Shown in pieces: positions 10,411 to 19,186 of a DNA stretch of 64,000 nucleotides. The DNA comes from Sedimentisphaeraceae bacterium JB056 (GTDB lineage Bacteria; Planctomycetota; Phycisphaerae; Sedimentisphaerales; Sedimentisphaeraceae), in the NCBI GenBank assembly GCA_044440125.1, contig JBITAJ010000029.1, positions 160,001-224,000 on the forward strand, written 5' to 3'. Position numbers and translations under genes: made by a program. The notes under the pieces are model-generated. The model made no database searches. It saw nothing but the letters and a program-made list of their open reading frames with translations, and was not told where the DNA came from. How positions within the stretch are numbered: the first letter of the stretch is position 1; each line of letters opens with the position of its first letter.

Positions 10411-10724
10411 TGAGATTGTACGATTTGGCAGATATTATCAGGAGTAAGAATGCAGGTCCATTTACCTTGGCGATTGATCTGCTTTTTAAGGACCCTGATA
10501 TATTCAGTAAAGTGGTCGACAGCAAAGTACTTAGCCCCGAGCTTATTTCAAAGCTTTACAATGTTGATTCAGGGAAAGTTCTAATTACGCCTTTTGAAAC
10601 TGTAAGAGCAATTAAGGTGACGTTGCCGCGACCTTCGGGCGTTTCTGCAGGTGCGCCGGGAGATACAGATGTCTACGGCAGTTCACAGCATTATCCGCTT
10701 GCGGACGTGAAAATATTTGATTGA
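10410..10724 (+). CDS. DUF4387 family protein
   Basis: IRSKNAGPFTLAID...AIKVTLPR...GDTDVYGSSQHYPL; adjacent to the AtuA-like gene. Confidence 0.8.
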   Translation: MRLYDLADIIRSKNAGPFTLAIDLLFKDPDIFSKVVDSKVLSPELISKLYNVDSGKVLITPFETVRAIKVTLPRPSGVSAGAPGDTDVYGSSQHYPLADVKIFD

Positions 10725-11479
10725 TGAGCCGGAAAATGGATATAAATACAAGTTTTTTAAGTAAAAAAAATAACATCTGTGAAATGACAGATCTTACTGC
10801 TTTGGCTATACCAAAAGGCATTAAGGTGCATGTGATAGCCCCTCACAGCGACGATTTCGATATAAATGCTGTAACATTGAAGCACTTTGAGCAGAACGGG
10901 GCGGTGATTAAGCTTGAAGTTTTATCGCTTGATAATGGGGTAGAGCCTGATTTTGAGCCACAAACACCACAGTCTCATATTCGAAAAAGAGAGCAACTGG
11001 AAAGCCTTGCTTTTTTTGGGTTTGATATGAAAATGGTCAATTTTGTTGATACGGTATGCGACCATACTGGACAAAGCGGATATCATGAAGAAAATATCCG
11101 TATTCTTGAGGATATGGTTCGAGGCTATGACCCTGATATTATTATTACGCCTCATCCCAATGATACTAATTCGGCGCATAAGAATGTAGCCGGCATGCTT
11201 TATTCAATCTCTGTATCTAAAAATATCATAATTATGCATAATCTCGACCCTAAAACTGTAAGTTTTAGGCCTGATATGTACATGCCTTTTGATCGAAATC
11301 AAGCTTTATGGAAGGCGGAAATGCTTAGATTCCATCGCTCACAGCATAGCCGAAATTTAAATACGAGAGGATACGGTTTTGATCAAAGACTACTGGAGTT
11401 AAGCAGGCATGCTGCATTAGAATACAAATTGGATTGTGATTATGCTGAGCTTTTTGAAATGAGAGAGCTGAAATCATAA
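10721..11479 (+). CDS. PIG-L/LmbE family deacetylase (true start may be slightly downstream)
   Basis: APHSDD, RKREQ, PHPNDTNSAH, FHRSQ motifs. Confidence 0.8.
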   Translation: MMSRKMDINTSFLSKKNNICEMTDLTALAIPKGIKVHVIAPHSDDFDINAVTLKHFEQNGAVIKLEVLSLDNGVEPDFEPQTPQSHIRKREQLESLAFFGFDMKMVNFVDTVCDHTGQSGYHEENIRILEDMVRGYDPDIIITPHPNDTNSAHKNVAGMLYSISVSKNIIIMHNLDPKTVSFRPDMYMPFDRNQALWKAEMLRFHRSQHSRNLNTRGYGFDQRLLELSRHAALEYKLDCDYAELFEMRELKS

Positions 11480-11579
11480 AAATTGAAAAATAATTAACTA
11501 AATAGAATAATTAATCTTGACAAAAATATTACAAAATGATACATCGCTAACAATGTTTACACTGTTGATTATGTTTTTT
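11151..11579 (+). repeat. Direct repeat copy 1 (~430 bp): 3' part of PIG-L gene plus downstream promoter
   Basis: Aligns with 13855-14283 at a constant offset of 2704 bp, with scattered substitutions. Confidence 0.95.
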
Positions 11580-12028
11580 CTCTGGCGGTGTTAAGAAGAT
11601 TCAGGTCGGTAGGATACGTAACATCTGCCGGCGTGCAGGTTGCATCAATCAGAAGCATCGCCGTGATGGTCAGGTTTATCATCTTCAGATGAATTATCCT
11701 AATCAATATCGTTTTGAGCCGAGCGCAATGCGACCACTCTTGGCAGGGTTGCCGGTGTTGCTACCCTTAAAGTTCTCGGCATATCGCTGTTCTATCATTT
11801 CCCAAGGCATGTTTTTCGAGAGAATAACCCAACGATTATCATTTCGTAACTTGCTGCCGAAGGGCAGATGAAAATTTTCAAACTGTCATGTGTACTCTTT
11901 GCGATATATTAGCTAACTCCAAGTGCAAGCATTTTGACATATTTACAATAAAACCCATTCACTTCATGCTAATATGATGAGTTGTATATACCTGCCAATA
12001 AAGAACTTGTGTGTTATTTAGTAAGCCC
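11575..12028 (-). pseudogene. IS5-family insertion sequence remnant (one terminal IR plus internally deleted transposase)
   Basis: Minus strand reads IYRKEYT*QFENFHLPFGSKLRNDNRWVILSKNMPWEMIEQRYAENF...GNPAKSGRIALG, then after a deletion MLLIDATCTPADVTYPTDLNLLNTAREK, both IS5 transposase motifs. IR-like GGGCTTACTAAATAA at 12028-12014. Confidence 0.8.
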
Positions 12029-12093
12029 TATTATAACAAATATTAAGTCTCCGAGTATCTGGCTTTCATAGTTCCTTAAATTGAATAGTTTTA

Positions 12094-13515
12094 CTATTCC
12101 CAACCCTTATTGAATCCACGATGACCAGGAATGACCTCCAATTCTTTTCTTAGTTCAAGACATTCTTTTTCCCACTGCCTGGTTTTCTTTCGCAGTTCTG
12201 AAATTTCGAGGGATTCCGCTTTGCAATTTGTGTTAATTATATTTTTTAGTTCTTTCGGATCTGTTTTTAAATTGTATGCTTCATCGCCATAGTCAGGGTC
12301 ATTAGTGTAAGAGAAATGTTTATTCCGAACTCCTTGCAGCAAACTAGGATGCCTGTAAGATTCCAAATGCCCTCCATTGCGAGAAGAGTTTTTAAGAAAA
12401 CCATGATAGTTGCCAACTTGTGCGAACAGGTAATCGTGCAAAGCTTCAGTTTTGTTTCTGCCTATCCATTCTATGAGGTCTTTACCCTGAGTATATTCTG
12501 GGATTTCAATACCGGCCATTTTCAGTATCGTGGGAAACAAATCTGTAAGGTCCACTAATTCTCTGTTCTTAGTTCCAGCTGGCCAACTAACATGTTTAGG
12601 CGAACGTATAATTAGAGGCACATGCAATAAGCACTCATAAAGAGATTCGCTTTTATGAAACAGCCCCTTTTCTCCAGTATAATCTCCATGATCGGAGCTA
12701 ACTATAATCCAGGTATTATCCAGCATATTACGGGCATCCAAAGCATCGTATAAACGTTGCATCTCATCATTAGCATAAGCTATCATACCATAATATGTGG
12801 CTAACACTTTTCGGCTATCTTCTTCAGAAATATCACCCCACTCTTTTAAGGCTTTCGACTGCCAGGAGGGACGATTCTCTGGACAACCTTTTTGCGGAAG
12901 GGGCAGGTCTTTGCTGTCTAAAAGAGCACTATACTCATTATGGGTAAGGTACGGAGGATGGGGCTCAAAATATGGAACATGTAGAAAAAAGGGCATATCA
13001 GAAGCTATAATATCGTCAAGCATCATTATTGCTCTGTCGGTTACAGCATGGGCATGTCCTGATTCTGCAGGTTCTTTTAATGTTCCATATGAGGGTGCCT
13101 TTTTGGAATTACCTTCTGTAAACCAGGTAGAATAGGCCTTTTTTAAGGGGCCTGAGGTATATTCACATACTTGTTGGTGCCAACCCCTGTTTAAGTCTCG
13201 ACCGTATTCATAATGTCCAACTACAGCTGTATAGTAACCATTATTAGCCAGAATTTCCGGTAACTGTGGCAAATTAAGAGGAGCGCGATTTTGATGGCAG
13301 GTTGACTGGTGAACCAGAGGATGGACCCCTGTGAATACCGATGTGCGGGAAGGCGTACAAATTGAACTTGGAGCATATGCTTCTGTAAATGCTACTCCTG
13401 AAGATGCTATTTTGTCCATAAAATCACATTTTGCATGCGGATTGCCGTATACACTACATGCAGAAGCTTTTTGTTGATCAGTCATCAAATACAGAATATT
13501 AGGTTTTTTACTCAT
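12094..13515 (-). CDS. Cys-type formylglycine-dependent sulfatase (no signal peptide)
   Basis: KPNILYLMTDQ, CTPSR signature, EPHPP, SDHGD, KSESLYE. Confidence 0.9.
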   Translation of the reverse strand: MSKKPNILYLMTDQQKASACSVYGNPHAKCDFMDKIASSGVAFTEAYAPSSICTPSRTSVFTGVHPLVHQSTCHQNRAPLNLPQLPEILANNGYYTAVVGHYEYGRDLNRGWHQQVCEYTSGPLKKAYSTWFTEGNSKKAPSYGTLKEPAESGHAHAVTDRAIMMLDDIIASDMPFFLHVPYFEPHPPYLTHNEYSALLDSKDLPLPQKGCPENRPSWQSKALKEWGDISEEDSRKVLATYYGMIAYANDEMQRLYDALDARNMLDNTWIIVSSDHGDYTGEKGLFHKSESLYECLLHVPLIIRSPKHVSWPAGTKNRELVDLTDLFPTILKMAGIEIPEYTQGKDLIEWIGRNKTEALHDYLFAQVGNYHGFLKNSSRNGGHLESYRHPSLLQGVRNKHFSYTNDPDYGDEAYNLKTDPKELKNIINTNCKAESLEISELRKKTRQWEKECLELRKELEVIPGHRGFNKGWE

Positions 13516-13599
13516 TATAATTCCCGCGGATTATACTTCGTTATTGTGAACTTATTTTTTGTCATCTTGGAAGAAACAATCATGCTTCAACTTCCTGAA

Positions 13600-13645
13600 T
13601 GTCAACACTGTCAACAATGTTAACAATGTTGTAATTTGAAGTCAA
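13600..13645 (-). promoter_or_regulatory. Sulfatase promoter overlapped by three TGTTRACA boxes at 9-bp period
   Basis: Minus strand: TTGACT-17-TAACAT overlapping TGTTAACA-T-TGTTGACA-G-TGTTGACA. Confidence 0.65.
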
Positions 13646-13690
13646 GCATAATTTATAGGGAATTACTCGTTTTTTGTTGAATAAAAAACT

Positions 13691-13795
13691 ATGAAACCAG
13701 TTTGAAGAGACAGTGCCAAAAGACGAAAGATAGCAATAATAGCAGTGGCAAGGCATATATTAATAAGATGCTGGGCTATATTGCAGGATAATCCT
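13691..13795 (+). pseudogene. IS110-family transposase C-terminal remnant
   Basis: Reads V*RDSAKRRKIAIIAVARHILIRCWAILQDN, resembling the IS110 C-terminal K..A..AVARKL....WAML motif. Confidence 0.55.
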
Positions 13796-13854
13796 AAATT
13801 TCGCAGTTGGATGGGTGAAAAGTGCTTGCGAATTGATGTAAGTTGTCTTAATGT

Positions 13855-14283
13855 CTCATCCAAATGATACTAATTAGGCGTATAAGAATGTGGCCGGCAT
13901 GCTCTATTCAATCTCTGTAGCTAAAAATATCATAATTATGCATAATCTTGACCCTAAAACTGTAAATTTTAAGCCTGATATGTACATGCCTTTTGATCGA
14001 AATCAAGCTTTATGGAAGGCGGAAATGCTTAGATTCCATCGCTCACAGCATAGCCGAAATTTTAATACGAGAGGATACGGTTTTGATCAAAGACTACTGG
14101 AGTTAAGCAGGCAGGCTGCATTAGAATACAAATTGGATTGTGATTATGCTGAGCTTTTTGAAATGAGAGAGCTGAAATCATAAAAATTGAAAAATAATTA
14201 ACTAAATAGAATAATTAATCTTGACAAAAATACTTCAAAACACTACATTGTTAACAATGTTGACGCTGTTGATGATATTTTTT
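13855..14283 (+). repeat. Direct repeat copy 2: 5'-truncated PIG-L pseudogene fragment plus promoter of second GntR
   Basis: Copy of 11151-11579. TCG has become TAG at 13875-13877; ORF 13890-14183 is nearly identical to the PIG-L C-terminus. Confidence 0.9.
14221..14273 (+). promoter_or_regulatory. Promoter of second GntR with palindromic operator
   Basis: TTGACA at 14221; perfect palindrome ACATTGTTAACAATGT at 14245-14260, continuing TGTTGACG-C-TGTTGAT. Confidence 0.7.
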
Positions 14284-14297
14284 AATTAGGGTCGGTT

Positions 14298-15005
14298 ATG
14301 TTTGTAACAAGCCAGCAAAAAGCTTATACCAAAATCAAGTCTATGATTCTTGAAGGTGAATTTAGTTCGGGTGAAAGAATTCCTGAGACTAAGGTTGCCA
14401 AACTGATAGGTATGAAGCGTGGTCCGGTCAGAGAATCTCTGATTAAATTGGAGTCTGACGGTTTACTTGTCAGTGAACCGCATTTCGGTTTTGCAACTAA
14501 AACCTATACATTGCAAGAAACTCAGGAATTATATGAACTTCGAGAGGTAGTTGAGGGAGGAGCTGCTTATCTGGCAGCTAAAAACGCTAATAATACCGAT
14601 ATAGACAGGCTTATTGAAGCACATGAGGTATTCAAAGCCAAGATCGATACGAATGATGAATTACGTAAAAACGGAAAAGAATTGTCTCCTGATCAGTATA
14701 GCAATTCTCTTCAGGACGAAGCCTTTCACAGGGCAATACTGAAGGCTTCCAAAAACTCTCGGTTTTCGAATGTTTTCAGAAATATAAGCGATGAGCATAT
14801 CTGTTTGACGTTGCATTTTGAAGGCAAGCAGTTCTATAAGGGGCTTTATGATTACGAGTCTTATGAACATCACGATATTATTCTAAAAGCAATAATAGAG
14901 CGTAATAGTGCCAAAGCGGAGGCAGAGGTAAGATGTCATGTTCGAAGGGCTCGAGAGGGTATTTTGAAACTTTTTGATAATAAAGAAGGCTTCTATTTTG
15001 CTTAA
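14298..15005 (+). CDS. GntR family (FadR/FCD) transcriptional regulator
   Basis: GERIPETKVAKLIGMKRGPVRESLIKLE; DEAFHRAIL; HHDIILKAI. Confidence 0.9.
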   Translation: MFVTSQQKAYTKIKSMILEGEFSSGERIPETKVAKLIGMKRGPVRESLIKLESDGLLVSEPHFGFATKTYTLQETQELYELREVVEGGAAYLAAKNANNTDIDRLIEAHEVFKAKIDTNDELRKNGKELSPDQYSNSLQDEAFHRAILKASKNSRFSNVFRNISDEHICLTLHFEGKQFYKGLYDYESYEHHDIILKAIIERNSAKAEAEVRCHVRRAREGILKLFDNKEGFYFA

Positions 15006-15040
15006 TTTTGTTATAATCTAAAATATTGAAAGGCAGGTTA

Positions 15041-15865
15041 ATGTTCATTTCACTTAAAAAGAGAGGCAATGCCTTTACTCTGATCGAATTGTTGGTTGTT
15101 ATTTCCATAATAGCGATTTTAATGGCAATAATGATGCCGGCTTTGCGTAAAGTCAGGGAACAGGGTAAAACAGTTGTTTGCGCATCGCACCTTAGAGGGC
15201 TTGGCCAGGGGTTTGCTTTATACGCATTGGATAACGACGGATATATCTCACCTATAAATACGATTAACGGCAAAGCTATAAATCGTCAAAACTTCCCGGG
15301 GATGACAAACTCAAAGGCAGGTGAGTCTTTTGATTATCGCCGTTTGATACTTCCGCTCCTGATGGATATCGATGTGAACAGTGCGGCTGACGCATATTGG
15401 AAAATGGGAGAAATAGCGTTTGAAAAATACGGTTGCCCGACTACTCTTGGAAAAAGAACTACCACCCTTGACGGATCGCAAGGCGGATCTCACGCTTTTT
15501 GGGTAACCTACGGACAGAATGCCAATACCGCCGGCTGGAAAGAAATAACACTTAAAAAACCTTCAAGTACGGTTCTTCTTACTGATGTAGCCCCTAACTC
15601 TAACGGAGTGGTTGGGTATGCGATAGGTATACAGTCTGAAATTGCATGGAATACTGAGACCCCGGACAGAATTGGCCGTTGGCACGGTAAAAAGACTCTT
15701 GACGATGAAAGAGCCAGAGAATTGCATCCAGAAGGTATAATGTCAATGGAATGCAACAAACAGTTCAATACATATAAGCATGACGGCAGTGTTTCTTTAT
15801 TGTCCGACGAATACGAGCAGTTATGGCGTCGTGATGGAAGAATAATATCTCGCCTGCAAGACTGA
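15041..15865 (+). CDS. Prepilin-type N-terminal cleavage/methylation domain protein (DUF1559-like)
   Basis: AFTLIELLVVISIIAILMAIMMPAL..VRE....VVCASHLR; C-terminal NTYKHDGSV. ATG at 15041 follows GAAAGG. Confidence 0.85.
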   Translation: MFISLKKRGNAFTLIELLVVISIIAILMAIMMPALRKVREQGKTVVCASHLRGLGQGFALYALDNDGYISPINTINGKAINRQNFPGMTNSKAGESFDYRRLILPLLMDIDVNSAADAYWKMGEIAFEKYGCPTTLGKRTTTLDGSQGGSHAFWVTYGQNANTAGWKEITLKKPSSTVLLTDVAPNSNGVVGYAIGIQSEIAWNTETPDRIGRWHGKKTLDDERARELHPEGIMSMECNKQFNTYKHDGSVSLLSDEYEQLWRRDGRIISRLQD

Positions 15866-15890
15866 GATATTTTTTTTTCTTACAGATAAT

Positions 15891-15916
15891 TGTTAACAGT
15901 GTTGACTTTGTTTCGG
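15891..15916 (+). promoter_or_regulatory. Further TGTTRAC operator copy upstream of the FG-GAP/GHL10 gene
   Basis: TGTTAACA-G-TGTTGACT-T-TGTTTCGG, same 9-bp period as at 13600 and 14248. Confidence 0.55.
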
Positions 15917-15924
15917 ATGGCTCA

Positions 15925-18900
15925 GTGAATAGAATAATAAACATTTTAATATTGATTATGGTCGCTGTTTGCGCAGTTCGGGCAGATTTTGATAATAATA
16001 ATTTGTGCGACATTTTTGCGGCAGTGAATTCTGATTCTTTTACGCTTTTGCAAAGGTATGAAAGCAGCGGCTGTTTGAGTGAAGTTTTGCTGAAAAACAG
16101 TGAGTCTCTCGGCGATATATCTGTGATTGCTTGCGGAGATATAGATAATGATTCTTTTGCTGAAATTATTGTAGGATTCTCCGGGAGCAGTACATGCAGT
16201 TGGTATGAATATTCAATCGATACACAGTCTATAGTGTCAGGTGGTTCATTTGATCTTATTGATGAGCCTGCTGATATTTCAATAGGTAATTTTGATGGCG
16301 ATTCTGATAAAGATATTATAGTCGTTACTGCAAGTTCCGCTTGTTTCTGGTATGAGTACCAGACCGGCAGCGTGGTAATGAGAAGTAATCTTAAAAAGGG
16401 TGCCAAGGCCGCTGCCATGGGCGATCTCAACGAAAACGGCATCTCAGACATATTGATAACATACAGTACAGGTTTATTTCTCGTAGAATCTACCGGTGAT
16501 AACAGCTGGGCGGCGTTGCCGGGTTGTTCATGGTCATGGGGGGCTACTACTTCGAATATCAAATCTATCATATCCGGCGATATCGATGGTGATGGTAAGA
16601 CGGTTGATTTTGCATACATCTATCCAAAAGATTCAACAGATACAGGTGAGCTGATCTGGCGGAGTCTCTCAGTTACTGAGGTGGGTTCTGATATATATTG
16701 GCGGGCTACTTTTGCAGAATATAAGGATTTTGAGTCTATAAGGATGGCTGATGTAGATGGCGATGATATAAATGAGATAGTCGCCGTTCGCAGCAATGGA
16801 GAGGTTGTTTTTATATCCGCAGTAGAAGGGGGAAAGCTGAAGGAAAAAGCTTTCAGCCATAATATGGCAAACGTTAAAGGCGGACACTCTATTGCCGTTT
16901 GCGGGGACAGTTCGATATCCGGGATGGAGCCTCAGGGAGGCAGAAAAGATTTTGTAGTGGTTGGCGGTCAACACTTAGCCGGATGGTTTCAGTCCGGCTC
17001 ACAAGCAGGGGAATGTGACTATTTAGGTAGGATTGCATCAAATGTATCCGTTGCAACTTTGGGTGATTTTGATAATGATGACAAACTCGACCTTTTTACC
17101 GGTAAGATAGGAGAAGAAGGTACATGGTACGAATTAAGTGGTGTTTTTCAGAAATTTATGCCGGTTTTAAGTATTGGCAGCGGAACTGTGCCTAACGGGC
17201 TTGCGGTGGGCGATTTTGATGGTGATGGTAAAGGTGACCTGTTCAATTGCGTGAGCTGGGGAAATTGTTACTGGTACAGGCAGGCTGGGGACAACTCCAA
17301 AGAAACAGTCAAGACCATAACTAATGATGGGGCTATCGCTTGCTGTCTTGGAGATATTGATAATGATTCTTACGGCGACCTGTTGATATCAACCGCTTCA
17401 GGATTGAGGTGGTATGAAGCTACAGGAGAGGCCGGAGAGCAGATATACAGAATGACAATTCCCGATCTTACTAATGCTCGGGCAATGGCTATAGGTGAGA
17501 TCGACGGTGATATGTACAAAGATATATTTGTGGTTAAAGATAACGGTGAGGTTGCCTGGCTTGAGGCCTCTTTTGATAATCAGTGCCCCCAAATAGTTTC
17601 AGAATCTCTTGCCTCCAATGCTGCTTCCGTTGCGGTAGGCGATTTTGACGGGAACAGTGGAAATGAGTTACTGGTTGCTGTTGAAAATGAGCCGTTAAAA
17701 TGGTACAGATCATTAGCAAATAATCAGATCACGGAGGTTTCCGCAGAAGCGTTCGGTTTGGATGCTGAATCTCTGGCTGTCAATAATTCATCTTTGGATT
17801 TTTCTTTTGAATGTGACCCGATGTCAAGTGATCTTGATTTTGATTGTTATGTAGATTTTGATGACCTTGAATTGTTTTCTCAAAGATGGCTTGAAACATA
17901 TCAGGAACTTGGACTTTACGATCTATCCTTTTTTGGAGATATTGCCAGCAACTGGTATGACTGCAACGACCCGCAGAATATAGAATGTGTGCTTAAGGAA
18001 AAAAAACAGGCATTTATTCATATGGATTATGCCGATGAAGTTTATTGGGCGTCAAATTTGGGTTACTCCACCTACAGGGAAGCTGAGATAGCTGAATTTT
18101 TCAGAAGATGTTCCCTTAAAGGTATTGACGGTGTGTTCTGGAGGGTTACCGCCGGGGGCAAAGTACTGCACTGGAGTGATGTTTGCAGCGTCTTTCCGGA
18201 GAGAATATCGCCGGAGTTTCTCAGCGATCAAGACCTTGAGCTTGCGGATATAATGTCTGAGATTGATCCGTTGGCCTTGGCCGTACAATATGCCCATCTA
18301 AACGGGGTCAAGCTTTATGTTTGGCTGAGAGTAAGCGATGAGGCGGGAACAGATACTGATAACCCGTATGCAAGAGCAACAGATATTATTTTAGATCATC
18401 CCGAGTACGCCTTGCTTGACAAACAGGGAAATCCTATGATCGGCACGGTATGTTACAATGAAGTGGCGGTACGAGAAGCCAAGCTTGCCCATATATCCGA
18501 GTTGGTCAGCAATTATGATCTTGATGGTGTTCTGTTATGTACCAGGACTCACGCTTTCTATCACAACGAAGACTCTGGTTATCAATATGGTTATAATCCT
18601 CCTGTTGTAGCTGAATACTACAAGCGTTATGGCGTTGATATCTTAACTGAGGAATTTGATTATGATAAATGGCTGGAGATACGGGCCGGGGGAATGAGTG
18701 ATTTTGTTCAAGAGGCCTCTAATATTGTACATAATGCAGGTATGAAGCTTTGGTTCGGGATTAAAAGTGCCTCTAACGAAAAGAGGGGATGGCCTTATGG
18801 AGAGGCGATTCAGCCTTGGAAAAGCTGGTTGGCCAACGATTTGATAGATGGCGTTGTGGCAGGTCATTATTATACACCGGCGGAAATGATCGAAAATCAA

Positions 18901-19149
18901 ACCTTGAGTTTTCAGCAGGCAGCTGATCCGGATCAAACTATAATCTTTCTGATACAGTTATACGATTTTGATACGAGCTTTACTACACCGTTATCGGATA
19001 TTGAAACTCTTATTCAAACAATTTCGACATCAGGCTCAACGGGTGGATCTTTTTATGAAGCTTTGCAGCTCGAAGACAATATGGACTCTTACTGGGAGCC
19101 TATATATCAGAATGTCGACAGATACTGGCATTTGAATTTTAACAAATAA
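15925..19149 (+). CDS. Secreted multidomain protein: two FG-GAP/VCBS propellers, dockerin-like segment, C-terminal GHL10-like TIM-barrel hydrolase
   Basis: Signal peptide; many GD[FI]D.DG..D[IL] repeats; SDLDFDCYVDFDDLELFSQRWL; GIDGVFWRV, DPLALAVQYAHLNGVKLYVWLR, NYDLDGVLL. Confidence 0.7.
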   Translation: MNRIINILILIMVAVCAVRADFDNNNLCDIFAAVNSDSFTLLQRYESSGCLSEVLLKNSESLGDISVIACGDIDNDSFAEIIVGFSGSSTCSWYEYSIDTQSIVSGGSFDLIDEPADISIGNFDGDSDKDIIVVTASSACFWYEYQTGSVVMRSNLKKGAKAAAMGDLNENGISDILITYSTGLFLVESTGDNSWAALPGCSWSWGATTSNIKSIISGDIDGDGKTVDFAYIYPKDSTDTGELIWRSLSVTEVGSDIYWRATFAEYKDFESIRMADVDGDDINEIVAVRSNGEVVFISAVEGGKLKEKAFSHNMANVKGGHSIAVCGDSSISGMEPQGGRKDFVVVGGQHLAGWFQSGSQAGECDYLGRIASNVSVATLGDFDNDDKLDLFTGKIGEEGTWYELSGVFQKFMPVLSIGSGTVPNGLAVGDFDGDGKGDLFNCVSWGNCYWYRQAGDNSKETVKTITNDGAIACCLGDIDNDSYGDLLISTASGLRWYEATGEAGEQIYRMTIPDLTNARAMAIGEIDGDMYKDIFVVKDNGEVAWLEASFDNQCPQIVSESLASNAASVAVGDFDGNSGNELLVAVENEPLKWYRSLANNQITEVSAEAFGLDAESLAVNNSSLDFSFECDPMSSDLDFDCYVDFDDLELFSQRWLETYQELGLYDLSFFGDIASNWYDCNDPQNIECVLKEKKQAFIHMDYADEVYWASNLGYSTYREAEIAEFFRRCSLKGIDGVFWRVTAGGKVLHWSDVCSVFPERISPEFLSDQDLELADIMSEIDPLALAVQYAHLNGVKLYVWLRVSDEAGTDTDNPYARATDIILDHPEYALLDKQGNPMIGTVCYNEVAVREAKLAHISELVSNYDLDGVLLCTRTHAFYHNEDSGYQYGYNPPVVAEYYKRYGVDILTEEFDYDKWLEIRAGGMSDFVQEASNIVHNAGMKLWFGIKSASNEKRGWPYGEAIQPWKSWLANDLIDGVVAGHYYTPAEMIENQTLSFQQAADPDQTIIFLIQLYDFDTSFTTPLSDIETLIQTISTSGSTGGSFYEALQLEDNMDSYWEPIYQNVDRYWHLNFNK

Positions 19150-19186
19150 ATCGCGTTTTTTATTATTTATTTTTGGAGATTAAATT

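Noticed and set aside
11689..11871. 60-aa plus-strand ORF
   Set aside because: It is the antisense shadow of the IS5 transposase remnant.
13600..13632. Short tandem 9-bp repeats as a CRISPR array or microsatellite
   Set aside because: Only 3-4 units with no spacers and no cas genes; better explained as an operator.
13890..14183. Independent 97-aa gene
   Set aside because: It is the duplicated C-terminus of the PIG-L gene, lacking the HxDD motif, with a nonsense codon just upstream.
15765..16619. 284-aa minus-strand ORF (similarly 25666-26370 minus and 58154-58852 plus)
   Set aside because: These lie antisense to well-supported genes and have no recognisable motifs.
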